Assembly (NCBI GenBank): GCA_902826835.1
Contig: CADEGH010000001.1
Span: forward strand, 290,859 to 354,858
Direction of reading: 5' to 3'
Source of the DNA: an uncultured bacterium
GTDB taxonomy: Bacteria > Planctomycetota > GCA-002687715
DNA: 64,000 nt
Of the stretch, positions 9,739-21,100 are shown piece by piece. Below the pieces are notes generated by a model. That model saw only the letters and a list, made by a program, of their open reading frames with translations. It made no database searches and was not told the origin of the DNA. Position numbers and translations under genes: made by a program. Each line of letters begins with the position of its first letter. Position 1 is the stretch's first letter.

Positions 9739-10392
9739 ATGGTCCCCCGCCCTGCCTCGAAAGACCTGGCCCTCGCCCGCCTCGGAGATCGGGAGGCGCT
9801 GGATCGGGTGCTGGCGCGCAATCACGAGCGATTCCTCCGCCTGGCCGACCACTGCCTGGGCGACCACCTCCGTGCGCTCGTTCGGCCAAGCGACTTGCTT
9901 CAAAGCGCTTACTTGGACGTCGTCAAGACGGTGGCTCGGTTCGACGGCGAATCCGAGGAAACCTTCGTCACGTGGGTAGCACGCATCCTCGAAAATACCG
10001 TTCGCGACAAACGCCGCTATTTCGACGCCGTGAAACGCAAGCGACTCGCGGATTCCGCGAAGCCGGAGCCCTTGAGCGAGATCACCGACCCTAAACAACC
10101 GACTCCGAGCCGCCAAATCACCGCCCGCGAGGATCTCGACGTCGTCGAGAAAGCCGCGGCCAACTTGCCCGAGGACTACCGGCGAATCCTCGACCTGTGC
10201 GTCCGCGATGCCATGACCCACGAAGAGGCGGCCGCGCGCATGGGCCGCACTCCGACCGCGACCCGCATCCTGCTCTCTCGAGCTCGGGCGGCTCTCGTGA
10301 CGGAAGTCTCCCGTCGCCGTCGCGACCTCGAGTCTCGACCATCCACCCTGCTGCCTCCCGGGGGGCTCGCGCCGCCTGGACTGGACCCATAG
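9739..10392 (+). CDS. ECF sigma-70 family RNA polymerase sigma factor
   Basis: Region 2 DLLQSAYLDVVKTVARFDGESEETFVTWVARILENTVRDKRR and region 4 LPEDYRRILDLCVRDAMTHEEAAARMGRTPTATRILLSRARAAL. The ATG at 9739 is in frame. The longer upstream ORF from a TTG at 9325 has no sigma-like sequence. Confidence 0.75.
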   Translation: MVPRPASKDLALARLGDREALDRVLARNHERFLRLADHCLGDHLRALVRPSDLLQSAYLDVVKTVARFDGESEETFVTWVARILENTVRDKRRYFDAVKRKRLADSAKPEPLSEITDPKQPTPSRQITAREDLDVVEKAAANLPEDYRRILDLCVRDAMTHEEAAARMGRTPTATRILLSRARAALVTEVSRRRRDLESRPSTLLPPGGLAPPGLDP

Positions 10393-10395
10393 ACC

Positions 10396-11625
10396 ATGAT
10401 CACCCCTCACTTGAGCGCTTCCCGTGTCCTACTGCTTGCCCTGACCTTGCTGAGCTCAGCGATACCCCTCCCCGCGCAGGTTACGCCCGCGGGCGTCGAG
10501 TCGCCCTACGTCAACCTGACCATCGAACCCCGAGGACTTCTCAAGTGGGACGCCGTCGCATTGCACGTCGACGCGCGGCGGGGCGCTTGGGTCACGGTGT
10601 TTGCACGAGCGGTGCTTCCGATCGACTTGGTCGATGCGAGCACCTACGAGTCTTTCATCTCCCAGTATCCGTGGCTCGAGGATGCTTCGTGGACGCCGGA
10701 GTCCCTCAACCTCGCCCTCGCGGTGGCCGAGATACCCCCCACAAACCCCTTCACGACCGACGTCTCTCTCATCGATCCTCAGGATCTCGCTTCGCACTGG
10801 TCGAGTGTCGTCCAGGCGGATGGAGCCGAGCTGGTCCGCACCCGCGCGCAGCCGGTCCTGGGATCCACGCCTATCGGGGCTCTCCACCGTCGACCGTGGA
10901 GGGTCGACTGCGGCGCTTGGGACTACAGCCTGACCGGTTCAGCGCAGCCGATGCGAGAGACGTGGGCTTCTCGATTGGCGGGTGTCGAGTTGGGTTACGA
11001 CGATACGAACGGCACCTGGTTCTCGAACGAGCGGGTGCTCACGGAGTGTCTCATCGCGCAGTCCGGGAGCACCGAGGCGGCCCGGGAATTCCTGGAGCAC
11101 ACGGGTGGAATGCACTACGCAGTCGGCCTCGGGCTCTCCGTCGTGTATCAGGCCGTGGCCTATGAGGACCACCTCGGGCCTCCCTTCCCCTGGTACTCCG
11201 ACTTCACGGACGTCACGGTGCCCGGACTTCCAGGTCTTGCGGTCGCCGCCCCCGCGCCTCGCCCGCCGACGCCACGACTCAGCGGCGCTCGGCTGGTGAG
11301 ACCGACGGTCGGTGCGCCCGTTTCGGGCTCGAGCACGCCCGGCCCTCAACCCATCGAGGAGATCCTCTATGGGCCAACGGCCACCGTCAACGGAGACCTC
11401 GTGCTTCCCCTCCACGGGATGGCGGGGCCTTTCTCCTGTGTCATCAAGCATGGCACCCGCACGCGCTCCATCCCTGGCTTCTTTGCGGCCTCGGGTTCCG
11501 TGCGATTCCCCTTGCCTGCGCTCGTACCGGCGGGTGCGACCATTCAAATCCTCAGCGTCACCAACGCCTGGGGCACCACTTCCGGGGCGGGAATGCCGTG
11601 GGAGTGGGTGCTCGTCGGGCCCTGA
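10396..11625 (+). CDS. secreted hypothetical protein, starts 3 nt after the ECF sigma stop
   Basis: Signal peptide MITPHLSASRVLLLALTLLSSAIPLPAQ. No recognisable anti-sigma (ZAS/RskA) motif. Coding-like composition. Confidence 0.5.
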   Translation: MITPHLSASRVLLLALTLLSSAIPLPAQVTPAGVESPYVNLTIEPRGLLKWDAVALHVDARRGAWVTVFARAVLPIDLVDASTYESFISQYPWLEDASWTPESLNLALAVAEIPPTNPFTTDVSLIDPQDLASHWSSVVQADGAELVRTRAQPVLGSTPIGALHRRPWRVDCGAWDYSLTGSAQPMRETWASRLAGVELGYDDTNGTWFSNERVLTECLIAQSGSTEAAREFLEHTGGMHYAVGLGLSVVYQAVAYEDHLGPPFPWYSDFTDVTVPGLPGLAVAAPAPRPPTPRLSGARLVRPTVGAPVSGSSTPGPQPIEEILYGPTATVNGDLVLPLHGMAGPFSCVIKHGTRTRSIPGFFAASGSVRFPLPALVPAGATIQILSVTNAWGTTSGAGMPWEWVLVGP

Positions 11626-11640
11626 GCGTCTGCCTGCGGC

Positions 11641-14433
11641 TCAAGGGGCGATGGCCCACGCAAGGAGGGCTTCGATCTCGGGCAACCTCGCCGTACGCCC
11701 CGACGACACGAATCGAGTCTTGGCCGCCTCCGACGCCTGCCGACAAGCTTCCCGATCGCCACGCTCGCAGGCGATCGCCGCGAGAGCAAAGTAGGCCTCA
11801 TCGACCTCCGAGGGCGACGGAGCCACGATGCCCTTCCCCTCGGTCGCGATGACGGCTCGCGCCGCCGCCTCGGCGACTGCGAAGAGTCGCTGTCGTTCGG
11901 TGCGGGACAATTCGTCGTCCGCGGCGAGCGCAACCGCCGCGGCCATGCAGTTGGAGGCGTGGCTCGAACTATCGGGGTCCGCGGCCATGGCGGCCTCGAA
12001 TCGTTCGACTGCGAGGTGAGGATCGCCACGCAGTTGGGCCGCCCACCCACCTGCGGCCAGCGCTCTCCCCTTCGCCGTGGCGTGGTTCGTATTGGCCGCG
12101 AGCGAAGCCGCTTCGGCCTCCACGCGCGCCACGGCGCCGAGCGCCTCCGCGCCAAGAGTCCCCTCAGCGGTCGGATCCTCCGATCCACTGAGTTCAGCGA
12201 GGTCGATCGCCAAGAGCGACGCCGCCGCCTGGTCTCTCAGTGCAGCCGATCCAGCCAGCTCCCGCGCCCGCTCCAGGAATCGCCGCGCCTCCCTCCCCTG
12301 CCCGCGGCCCAATGCCACTATCCCCGCTTCAGCCAGGAGCTCGGCATCGTCGGGATGCTGGACGAGACCTTCTTCGATCATCCGGTCCGCGGCGGCCTCG
12401 TCACCACTCCGCCGCACTATCTCCGCACGCAAGAGCCGCGTTCCGGAGTTTTCTTCATCCGGATTCAAAGCAGAGAGTTGGGCGAGCGCCTCCCTGGTCT
12501 CGCCCCGAATGAGATGCAAACGGGCCCGATTACGCCGGACCAACGATTTGGCGATGCCGGTCGTCGAGAGCCCTTCGAACGCACTGAGCGCCTCCGCGTG
12601 GCGGCCCTGGTCGGCCAGGAAGATCGCCTTCGCCAGTTTGGGTCGCACCGCACGATCGTCCGCCGTGATGGCTCGCTCAATTTCCGCAAGCTGGGCATCG
12701 GGCGGGGATCCCGCGGCGCGGAGTGCGAGGGAAGCAAAGACGTGACGCTCCGGATCGCGGTCAATCTCCGCCGTCAAGACCACCGCCGTCGATGTGGCGG
12801 CGGCGAGAGCGGCATCGAGGTCTCGGCCGGGGCCACCCGTCGGAGGAGGATCATTCAATAGGGCAAGCAGTAGTCCCCGGGCCTTGGCCTTGTCGCCTCG
12901 CAAAAGATGAGCGAGGGCGACCGCGAGGCGGGATCGCCGCGGCTCGATGGTGGCCGCCACGGTCGAGTCCAACTGTCGCATGACTTTCTCGAGCGCATCC
13001 GCACTTTGGGCCGCGGCCCGATCCTGGAGCTGATCGAGAAGCGCCTCTATCGCTCGCCGAGCCCGAACTTCCACGACCAGAGCCAAGACGTCGTCATGCC
13101 GACTTGCGCGCCGCGTCGCCTCCTCCGCAAGCCCCTCGGCGAGGTCGAGGTCGCCGCGCCGGACCGCATCCCGGGCCGCCGCGAGAGTCCGCCGCAACGC
13201 CGCGCGCACTTCGAGCGACTGGACGGCCCAGACCGTGAGGATCGTGGTCACGATTCCGAGTGAGACCGCGGAGACGATGGCGATCTTCCGGTTGCGACGA
13301 AGCCACCGAGCGGCACGTCCGATCCTGCCCACCGCGCGCGACCGGATTGGTTCGCCGCGGGCCACGCGCTCCAGGTCCTCCGCGAATTCGAGCGCAGTCG
13401 AAAATCGACGCGAGGGCTCCTTCTCGAGAGCCCTCAGCACCACGGTTTCGAAATCGCGGTCGGACGCCTCGAGGCCGAGCCGGGGTGGAGCATCGGAGAC
13501 GATGGCGCGCAGGAGCCGCTCCGGATCGTCTTCCGGGAATGGCAGACGACCGGTCGCCACTTGGTAGAGCGTGGCTCCGAGCGCGTACACATCCGTACGG
13601 GGCTCCACGCGGGGCTGGCCTCTCTGCAATTGCTCCGGAGCCATGAACGGAAGCGTTCCGGCGACTGCCCCGGTCTTGGTGAGGGCGACTTCGCCAAGGG
13701 TTTTGGCGAGGCCGAAATCGACCAGCACCGGCGCCTCTCCGTCGAAGATGATGTTCGCCGGCTTCACGTCCCGGTGCACGACTCCGGCGAGGTGCGCGGC
13801 ATCGAGGGCGCGGGCCACACTGGCGCCAAGCTTCGCGACTTCCCGTGGCGGCAAAGTGCCGAGGATTCGGTCCACGCCGGGGCCGCTCAAGTACTTCATG
13901 GCGATGAACGACTGGTCGTCCTCTTCGCCGATCGCCCAGATCGGAACGATGTTCGGATGTTCGAGGGATGCCGCGGTCCTCGCTTCCCGGCGAAAGCGCT
14001 CGGCGGCGGAGCCGTCCCGCGAACGCAAGTCGCCGAGTACCTTGAGCGCGACGGCCCGTCCCAGCGACTCCTGCACCGCGAGAAAGACCTGCCCCATGCC
14101 CCCTTGACCTAGGCGGTCGACGATTCTGAACTCGCCGATTCGCTCGGGGAGTGGGGAGCGTGCAGGGCCGGGGCCGAGGGAGGCAAGAGCGTCGAACACC
14201 CCCGAAGCGGCATTGATCAGGGACCGGAGTCGGCGCTCCAAGACCAGGTCACCCCCGCAGAGGATCTCGATGTCTGGGCGCGTTCCTTCGTCGGCGTCCA
14301 GCCACTGAACGAACAAACCCTGGGCTCGGGTATCGAGGGTGTCAGGGTCGGAGTCACCGGATCGGGAAGTCAAGCCGAAGACTCTATCGCGGCGCGTGCC
14401 TCCAGCGTCGCGAGGAAATCTCGTCCCGACCAC
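11641..14433 (-). CDS. Hanks-type Ser/Thr protein kinase with transmembrane helix and C-terminal TPR-like repeat domain
   Basis: Kinase motifs GQGGMGQV (Gly loop), AVALK, HRDVKPANII, DFGLAK and APE. TM helix IAIVSAVSLGIVTTILTVWAV. About 500 aa of helical TPR-like repeats. Confidence 0.8.
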   Translation of the reverse strand: MVGTRFPRDAGGTRRDRVFGLTSRSGDSDPDTLDTRAQGLFVQWLDADEGTRPDIEILCGGDLVLERRLRSLINAASGVFDALASLGPGPARSPLPERIGEFRIVDRLGQGGMGQVFLAVQESLGRAVALKVLGDLRSRDGSAAERFRREARTAASLEHPNIVPIWAIGEEDDQSFIAMKYLSGPGVDRILGTLPPREVAKLGASVARALDAAHLAGVVHRDVKPANIIFDGEAPVLVDFGLAKTLGEVALTKTGAVAGTLPFMAPEQLQRGQPRVEPRTDVYALGATLYQVATGRLPFPEDDPERLLRAIVSDAPPRLGLEASDRDFETVVLRALEKEPSRRFSTALEFAEDLERVARGEPIRSRAVGRIGRAARWLRRNRKIAIVSAVSLGIVTTILTVWAVQSLEVRAALRRTLAAARDAVRRGDLDLAEGLAEEATRRASRHDDVLALVVEVRARRAIEALLDQLQDRAAAQSADALEKVMRQLDSTVAATIEPRRSRLAVALAHLLRGDKAKARGLLLALLNDPPPTGGPGRDLDAALAAATSTAVVLTAEIDRDPERHVFASLALRAAGSPPDAQLAEIERAITADDRAVRPKLAKAIFLADQGRHAEALSAFEGLSTTGIAKSLVRRNRARLHLIRGETREALAQLSALNPDEENSGTRLLRAEIVRRSGDEAAADRMIEEGLVQHPDDAELLAEAGIVALGRGQGREARRFLERARELAGSAALRDQAAASLLAIDLAELSGSEDPTAEGTLGAEALGAVARVEAEAASLAANTNHATAKGRALAAGGWAAQLRGDPHLAVERFEAAMAADPDSSSHASNCMAAAVALAADDELSRTERQRLFAVAEAAARAVIATEGKGIVAPSPSEVDEAYFALAAIACERGDREACRQASEAAKTRFVSSGRTARLPEIEALLAWAIAP

Positions 14434-14707
14434 TCCTTGCCCGCCCGACGGTCAGCGGACTTCGAAGTGAGTCACGGGTGAAAGTCGGAGGGGCAACCCG
14501 GGTGTGACGTCGATCGCAACGCCTTCGAGCGTGACGGGAGGCAGGTTGTAAGGGCCGAAGGTGGAGGTCGCGGCAGTAGACCTGTAATAAGCAGGAGCGG
14601 CCCCGGGAATTGCGCGATGGTGCGCACCGTGTGGAATGAGGCACTCTGGGATGACACTCGCGTGGGAGCGACTCCCCTGGCGCAGTGGGGAACACGATCG
14701 CACCAAC

Positions 14708-17581
14708 TCAGAGATTGAGGGTGAGCACATTGGTGAGCGAAAACAGGCCGTTCGGGGCACTGGAATCCAGGACGGCGGCCTGGAAGTGGATGACGAGCCC
14801 CGCGAGGCCGGGGCCCGGCGGGACCGGAAGACTCTGGGCGGCTGACCCCGAGCCCGGCACCAGGGGATCTTCCCTAAGGAGTAGGGTGCCCGGGAACACG
14901 TAGTGCGGCGCTCCGAAGTCCAGATGCAGTTGGCAATTCGCCAAATTCACGGGCGTCCCCAGAGTCTGCAGCGAAGCCGCGAGTATGCAGGTGGCGCCGA
15001 TGGGTCCGCGCCCGATGCCGACTCCGAAGGCCGGAGAGGGCGCCACGGGTGACGGATTGAGCGCCACCAAGGTGGGATTCACTCCGCCTGGCCCGCAGGA
15101 GCCCGCGGGGCCAATCGCGGAGGTGGCCCCGAAGCCGCTTGCCGCCACGATGCGAAGTCGGCCGGCTCGCACGGAACTGCCTACGTTCGCCGACGGCTCG
15201 ACAACGATGCCCTCGGAAAATCCATCCCCGTCCATGTCGCGTACGCGCGTCAGGCCCACGGATGGTTCGATCGGAATTGGAATATTGTCGACGGCCTGGC
15301 CAGCACCCGTCCGACCATCGACAAGAATCTGCACCCTGGAGGCGTTGGGGTTGAAGTAGGCTACCGGTTGGTGAGGGTGTTGGGTGTGAATCAGGAAGTC
15401 TTTCACTCCATCGTTATTGCGGTCTCCCAATCCCGTCATCCATCCCGTGAACGGTGCATTGGGATATCTCCAGAGAATGGAGAGGTCCGCTCCCGAGACG
15501 GCAAATCGCACCAGGAACGGAAATCCCGCACTGGCTCCTTCGGCATACATCGCGAGTACAATCAGGTCCTCGACGCCATCACCGTTCAAGTCCTCCACGG
15601 CAGTCGGCAACTCGAAGAGTCGAATGATGTTCGTCGGACTCCTGGCAATCTCGTCGCCCGTCCGGGAACTCAGCCCGATCCAGGCCGGAACCTCGCAGTG
15701 CTCGATGAATTTGGGATCGCCGCACTCCAGGGTATTCACCCCGAGAATGCAGAAGTCCGATTGACCGTCCGCATCCAAATCACCCACTCGAACGAGCTTG
15801 GTGCCCGAACCGGTGGTCTCCCCCCTCCGCATCCAGACGGCCTGGCCAGTGGCCGTGGAGTACACCGCGAGATAGCTACGCGGAGGCACCGGCGCGTCCC
15901 AAATCCCCTCTCCGGGTGCTCCCACTGCCAAGTCGGTGAGGCCATCCCCGTCGACGTCACCGACTTCGGCCATGCCTCTTCCGAGGCCGGTCACTCCCAC
16001 CGGGGCCACGAGGGTTTGCAGGAGAGCGCCGGATGTCGCGTCGAACCAGTAAACCCGGCCGCGCCAATGGTAGTCGCCCAAGGGTCCGAAGTCGCCGAGA
16101 GGCGCACCGACGGCGATCACGGAGGGTGCTCCGCCCGAGACGGGCCGTTTGACACCGACAATGGAAGTCCCAAAGGAAATCGTCGCGTCAGGGCAATCCA
16201 AACGTCGCAGGAGTTGCAGGGTCGCCCCCGAGTAGACATGGACCGCGCCTCGCCCGCGGAAGCCGGGCTCGGCGACCAAGATTTCCGCGACTCCGTCTCC
16301 GTCGACGTCGAAGCACTCGTGGTTCAGGCCGAACTCGCCCCCGTGCCAAGTGTTGCGCCGCTCCCGAAGAACGGCCAGATTGGTCGAGGAAACGACGCAG
16401 ACCGCATTCATCTCCGCCAGGATCAGATCGGGTCGCCCATCTTGGTCTTGGTCTTCGGTCCAATCTCCGCCGCGCCAACCGGAAAAGTCGCGTGGAGCGG
16501 GTATTGACTGCCAGACCGAGTTGGTCGCCGGAGAGAATATCGACACCCGACAGGTTACGGTATCGTATGCGAAGGAAGTTTGGTAGACATTCCCAATCTC
16601 GAGGAGTTCGGGGCGCCCATCCCCGGTCAAGTCGGGCATCCACCGACACTGAGGTACCACGAGGCTTCCGGCGGGGTGAAGCACAGTCCGGACGATGGAC
16701 CACGTTGCCGTCGACACGAAAGCATATTGACCCAGTCCGGTAACTCCACTCCCCGGACTTCGCCAAATCGGGATTTCGGGGTGGCCGTCCCCGTCGATAT
16801 CCGCGCCGTAGCTCACTTCGTAGGCAAACGGGATGGGGAAAGAAACCGGCGATAGGACAAGTCCGGTGGCGCTGCTGATGATCTTGGACAACTGGTCGCC
16901 GTGCAGCAGAAAATCATCCCGTCCGTCGTTGTCTCGATCACGGATTCGATGCAACCGACCCGAATGTGGAAGCGGAGTGGAGTACAGCGTGCTGCCGTTG
17001 GATCCCCTCAAGACACGAAGCGTAGAGACATAAGAGGGATACTCCACCAACACAAAGGCGTACTCACTGATATTGTCTCCATCCAAGTGGAGATTGCCTT
17101 GCTGAATACCCAGGTCCAGAGGTTCAATGAACGTAAAGGGGTTCGTTGGCACAAATCCGTTGACGCGCCACAATTCCGTCCAGGCTACGGGATTCATCAA
17201 GATCAAGGTGCCGTCTTCCACCGTGTAGACTTCCCTGACTCCGTCCCCTGTCTGGTCCGGAAACGTCCCGAGCAGGTCCGGTGAAGCCGGGACCACACTC
17301 AGGCTGGCCAGGGTGCGACCATCGACGCTGTGCAATTCCGTGACGCCAAGACCGCTCGTGAGCGGGTTTCGAAATGCGACAAAATCGGTCACCCCGTCCG
17401 AGTTGATATCGCCGACTCGCATCAACGATCGAGTCGGACTCTGACCAGCCCCTTCCGTACCCGCAAGCTCGGCCACGGTTTGGTACTGCGCTGGAGCATG
17501 GAGGGAAAGCAAGCACGCGCCTGAGATGAGGGCGAGCGCACCCACAAGACACCGTCCACACTCGATCAATCGCAGGATCAT
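14708..17581 (-). CDS. secreted FG-GAP / integrin-alpha-like beta-propeller repeat protein
   Basis: Signal peptide. More than 8 repeats of the Ca-binding DxDGDG motif (VGDINSDGVTDFV, DIDGDGHPE, DVDGDGVAEILVAEPGF, VGDVDGDGLTDLAVGAPGEG, DLNGDGVEDLIV, DMDGDGFSEGIV). Confidence 0.75.
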   Translation of the reverse strand: MILRLIECGRCLVGALALISGACLLSLHAPAQYQTVAELAGTEGAGQSPTRSLMRVGDINSDGVTDFVAFRNPLTSGLGVTELHSVDGRTLASLSVVPASPDLLGTFPDQTGDGVREVYTVEDGTLILMNPVAWTELWRVNGFVPTNPFTFIEPLDLGIQQGNLHLDGDNISEYAFVLVEYPSYVSTLRVLRGSNGSTLYSTPLPHSGRLHRIRDRDNDGRDDFLLHGDQLSKIISSATGLVLSPVSFPIPFAYEVSYGADIDGDGHPEIPIWRSPGSGVTGLGQYAFVSTATWSIVRTVLHPAGSLVVPQCRWMPDLTGDGRPELLEIGNVYQTSFAYDTVTCRVSIFSPATNSVWQSIPAPRDFSGWRGGDWTEDQDQDGRPDLILAEMNAVCVVSSTNLAVLRERRNTWHGGEFGLNHECFDVDGDGVAEILVAEPGFRGRGAVHVYSGATLQLLRRLDCPDATISFGTSIVGVKRPVSGGAPSVIAVGAPLGDFGPLGDYHWRGRVYWFDATSGALLQTLVAPVGVTGLGRGMAEVGDVDGDGLTDLAVGAPGEGIWDAPVPPRSYLAVYSTATGQAVWMRRGETTGSGTKLVRVGDLDADGQSDFCILGVNTLECGDPKFIEHCEVPAWIGLSSRTGDEIARSPTNIIRLFELPTAVEDLNGDGVEDLIVLAMYAEGASAGFPFLVRFAVSGADLSILWRYPNAPFTGWMTGLGDRNNDGVKDFLIHTQHPHQPVAYFNPNASRVQILVDGRTGAGQAVDNIPIPIEPSVGLTRVRDMDGDGFSEGIVVEPSANVGSSVRAGRLRIVAASGFGATSAIGPAGSCGPGGVNPTLVALNPSPVAPSPAFGVGIGRGPIGATCILAASLQTLGTPVNLANCQLHLDFGAPHYVFPGTLLLREDPLVPGSGSAAQSLPVPPGPGLAGLVIHFQAAVLDSSAPNGLFSLTNVLTLNL

Positions 17582-17652
17582 CGTAGAACCTCCGGTCAGT
17601 CGAGAGCATCATAGGGCCCCGGAGGTCGAACCGGCAAGCCGCCGAGCTCGCC

Positions 17653-17702
17653 GGACTTCAGTTTCCCATCCGAGGTCATACCGGCCGACGGTTACCGGCC
17701 CG
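17653..17702 (+). repeat. copy A of conserved 50-nt non-coding motif (GGACTTCaGTTTCCCAtCCGAGgTCATACCGGCCGACGGTTACCGGCCCG)
   Basis: 47 of 50 nt identical to 21756-21805. Contains the internal direct repeat TACCGGCC-N6-TACCGGCC. Confidence 0.7.
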
Positions 17703-17716
17703 CTGACGCGGAGAGT

Positions 17717-18070
17717 CCCTTCCTGGACTGGAGCCTCTGGTGGGAGGCGAATCAATTTCACTCTTGTTGCCGGGAGCGAGCTCGCATCGCGGATTCGGCT
17801 GAAACCAACCGACCGAGGGACCTCTCGGACCTCTCGAGTCGCACCGCGATCTTGGCAGCGCTGCGGTTAGCCCTGGAGGACGAGTACTACGACACCCGTC
17901 CAGCAGGCCACACTCCCAAGTCGGTGACCGCCTACTCCCCTATCCACCGCACCGACCTCGCGAACCGCGGAGTCACAAAACGGCTCAGCTTCGAGCAGGC
18001 CAGCGAGGATTCGATCGCAGCCCGGAGAGGCTCTTGGGGTTCTCTCGACGAGACAAATCCCAGAAAGTGA
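17717..18070 (+). pseudogene. truncated remnant/paralog of the 5' part of the HEAT-repeat gene at 22043-23839 (no start codon, no signal peptide)
   Basis: In-frame translation PFLDWSLWWEANQ...TAILAALRLALEDEYYDTR parallels HEAT protein residues 75-135 (PFLDWDYWWDHNQ...PEILAALSLALRDEYYDTR). The frame is open from 17615 but has no ATG/GTG/TTG before 17852. It diverges after DTR and stops at 18070. Confidence 0.5.
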
Positions 18071-18151
18071 GTGAAATTTCGGGCCCGCGGGAGACTGTGT
18101 CTATGAGGAGGTCGAATTCTCGACCTTTCTTCGAGATCCGAGGAGCCAACC

Positions 18152-21100
18152 ATGCAGAGTGCCCGCCGCCATTGCTTCGCAGTCCTCCTTCTCTGCGCAG
18201 CCGCTTCGGCGCAGGCACCGACCGAAGTCCCCCCGGGATTTGTGCTGGTCGATGACATGGTTCTTCCGGAGTCTGCCGTGTTTGGCGAGTCCGGCTTCAC
18301 TCCGAACAACTGGCCGATCGGCCTCGTCCCCTACGCCTTTGCCGCCAACGTTACGATGGCCAACCAAACCCTGGCGCTCACCGCGATGGCCGAGGTCGAA
18401 GCGATCACCGCGGTCGACTTCATACCCCGTAACAACCAGGCCGACTACGTTCTCATCACGGCATCTACGGTCAACAATTCCGGCGTGGGGGTCATCGGCG
18501 GAGCCCAAGTGCTCAACATCGTCAGTTGGGGTTCGAAGTTCATCATCGTGCACGAGCTCATGCACGCACTGGGCTTTGTCCACGAGCAGTCTCGCCCCGA
18601 CCGCGGCACTTACGTCACCGTCAACTCCGCCAACGTCAGCACGACTGCGTGCACTGGTTCGAACTGCGGGATGGTCGGGAGTTCGACCTGCATCTGCAAT
18701 TTCGACATCGTGAACATCGCGACGTCGTTCGGCGCCTACGATTTCCGCTCGGTCATGCACTACGGCCGCAGCGCGTTCAGCGCCAACGGGGCGGACACCC
18801 TCACCTGCAACAGCGGATACACTCAATTCCAGTCCGTGATCGGGCAGCGCGCCTACCTCTCACTGGGCGACGCCGCCGGCCTGCAATTCAAATATGGAGC
18901 GGCAATCGCTCCGGCCGTGACTTCGATCTCCCCGACCATGGCGGTCGCCGGGGGCAGCGGTTTCACCCTCGCGGTGAACGGAGTGCGTTTCTGCGGAGGC
19001 AGCGCCGATGCGAATGGAGTTCCCGGCACGCAGGTACTCTGGAACGGAACCGCGATCTCGACTTGGCAATCCGGACCGACCCAGGTGTCGGCGCTCGTAC
19101 CCGGTGCACTCCTCAGCGTTCCCGGGACGGCGACGGTCACGGTGCGCAACCCCGCCCCCGGTGGAGGACTCGGCTCCGGCGCGCAGACCTTCACGATCAC
19201 CTGTCCGCCCATTGCTGGCATCACTCTTTCCCCCTCCGTTCCGCAGGCCGTGGTGCCAGCGTGCGTCCCTGTCGCCATCCCGCCCGTGCCCCTCACCAAC
19301 TTCGACTGGCACGTGGTTGCCGTTTCTTCTCCCTCCGATTGGCGCCTGAGCATGGGCGCAACCACTTCGAACAACGCGGGCAGCGTCTGTGATTTCCTGG
19401 CGGGAGATGCCTACGTCTCGCCGGGCCAGTCCGTGAACCCGGTCTCGGGATCCGTGTCCCGCGTGGGAGGCTCGGACAATGCGACGGTGGAGTATGTGAC
19501 CTCCGCCGCGCTCACCGTGAACACACCGTCCATCTCAGGGATTCCCGCCGGCTCGATCGTACGAGCATTTCGATTCTTCGCCGGCACGGGCCCGCTCCAG
19601 CTTCACGTCTCCGGGTCGAGTTCCTTGCGATGGTGGCTGGTTTCTCCCACCGCGACCTTCTCCTGGCGAGGGCCCGCCAATGCAGTGGCGAGCGGGATCG
19701 TCGGCGCCGGAGCTGTCTCCATTCCCACCGGGTCATTCTGCCTCGTGGTTGGCCGAAGCGGAGGAGCCTCGACTGGCTTCGAGGCGTTCACCGTGAATCT
19801 CTGTCAGTCCGCGCCACCACCGTTCACCCTCGGGGCGGGTTTTCTTCAATATCTCGGGGGCCCCTGCCACCCGTTTCAGTTCACCCCCCAGTCCGGTCGT
19901 TGGAATGTCGTCGGAGTGTCGTCGACCGTGGATTGGGATATCGGCGTCGGGAGCGGTCGTTCCGAGTTCGGCGGTAGCAGTTGCGACTACGTTCTCGCCA
20001 ACGGTCGTCTGGGCACCGTCACTCCGGGGTCCGGCATGCTCGCTCGTTACTCTGGCACAGCCCAGGGTGCAGCGATGATGCCAATCACCGTAGCCGCCAG
20101 TTTTCCCGGTGGTTCAGCCCAAGCCTCGACCTTTCTGATGGCCGCGTTCGAATTCGAAGTTCTGACCGCGGCGGTCTATGACCTCGCGATCAGCGGAGGG
20201 ATGGGCCATCTGTGGGACTTGCACAGTCCGGGGGGCGATGCCAGTTGGAGAGGTCGGCCTAGTGCGGACATTCTGAGTGGCCAGGCCACGACCGGAGTCC
20301 CCGCCGTAGGAGTTCCTCTGGGCGTCGGCTGGCATGTCGCCGTCGTCTATCGGAATGGTGGGCCGATCGCGGCTTCGACGCTCACCTTCACCTCGTCGGT
20401 CTCTGCGATCACCGCGCCGACGCTCGTCAGCGTGTCTCCCCCCTCGGCCCTCACGCAAGCACCGAGTTTCACGCTGCTCGTGCAAGGCACGGGCTTCGAC
20501 GTGAACTCGTTCATCTGGTTCGACGGCAACTACCTCCCGACGACCTTCCTGAGTGCGACGATGCTCTCCGCCACGGTCGACGCGTCGCTGCTTCAATCTC
20601 CTCGGATCGTCCCCGTCGTCGTAATGAAACCTGGTCCCGCCGCGAACATCCCGTCCAACGCCTTGACCTTTACGATCAACGCTCTGCCGCCCACGCTCAG
20701 TCAGCTCTCTCCGGCGAGTGCGCTCTCCGGGAACCCGGCTTTCACCCTGAACGTCAACGGGGCGTCCTTCGCGGCGAGCTCGGTCGTACGGTGGAACGGC
20801 GCTCCCCTCACCACCACCTTCGTGAGTGCGACTCAACTCCAAGCCGAGGTCCCCTCATCGCTACTCCAGGCGGCCGCCGGGGCGGCCGTGACCGTCTTCA
20901 ATCCTCCCCCGAACGGGGGTTCCTCCAATTCACTGAACTTCAACGTGCTTCGTCCCGGCATCCTGGCGATTTCGCCAAACTTGATCCCCATTCTCGTGCC
21001 CGCGAGCCCTGGCAGTCTGCTCACGATCATCGGGCAGAATTTCGGTCCGCAGTCGATCGTGCACGCAGACGGGGAGGCGATCCCCACCACCTTGGTCAAT

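Noticed and set aside
9550-10410. 286-aa ORF on the - strand
   Set aside because: Antisense to the ECF sigma gene at 9739-10392, which shows clear region 2 and region 4 motifs.
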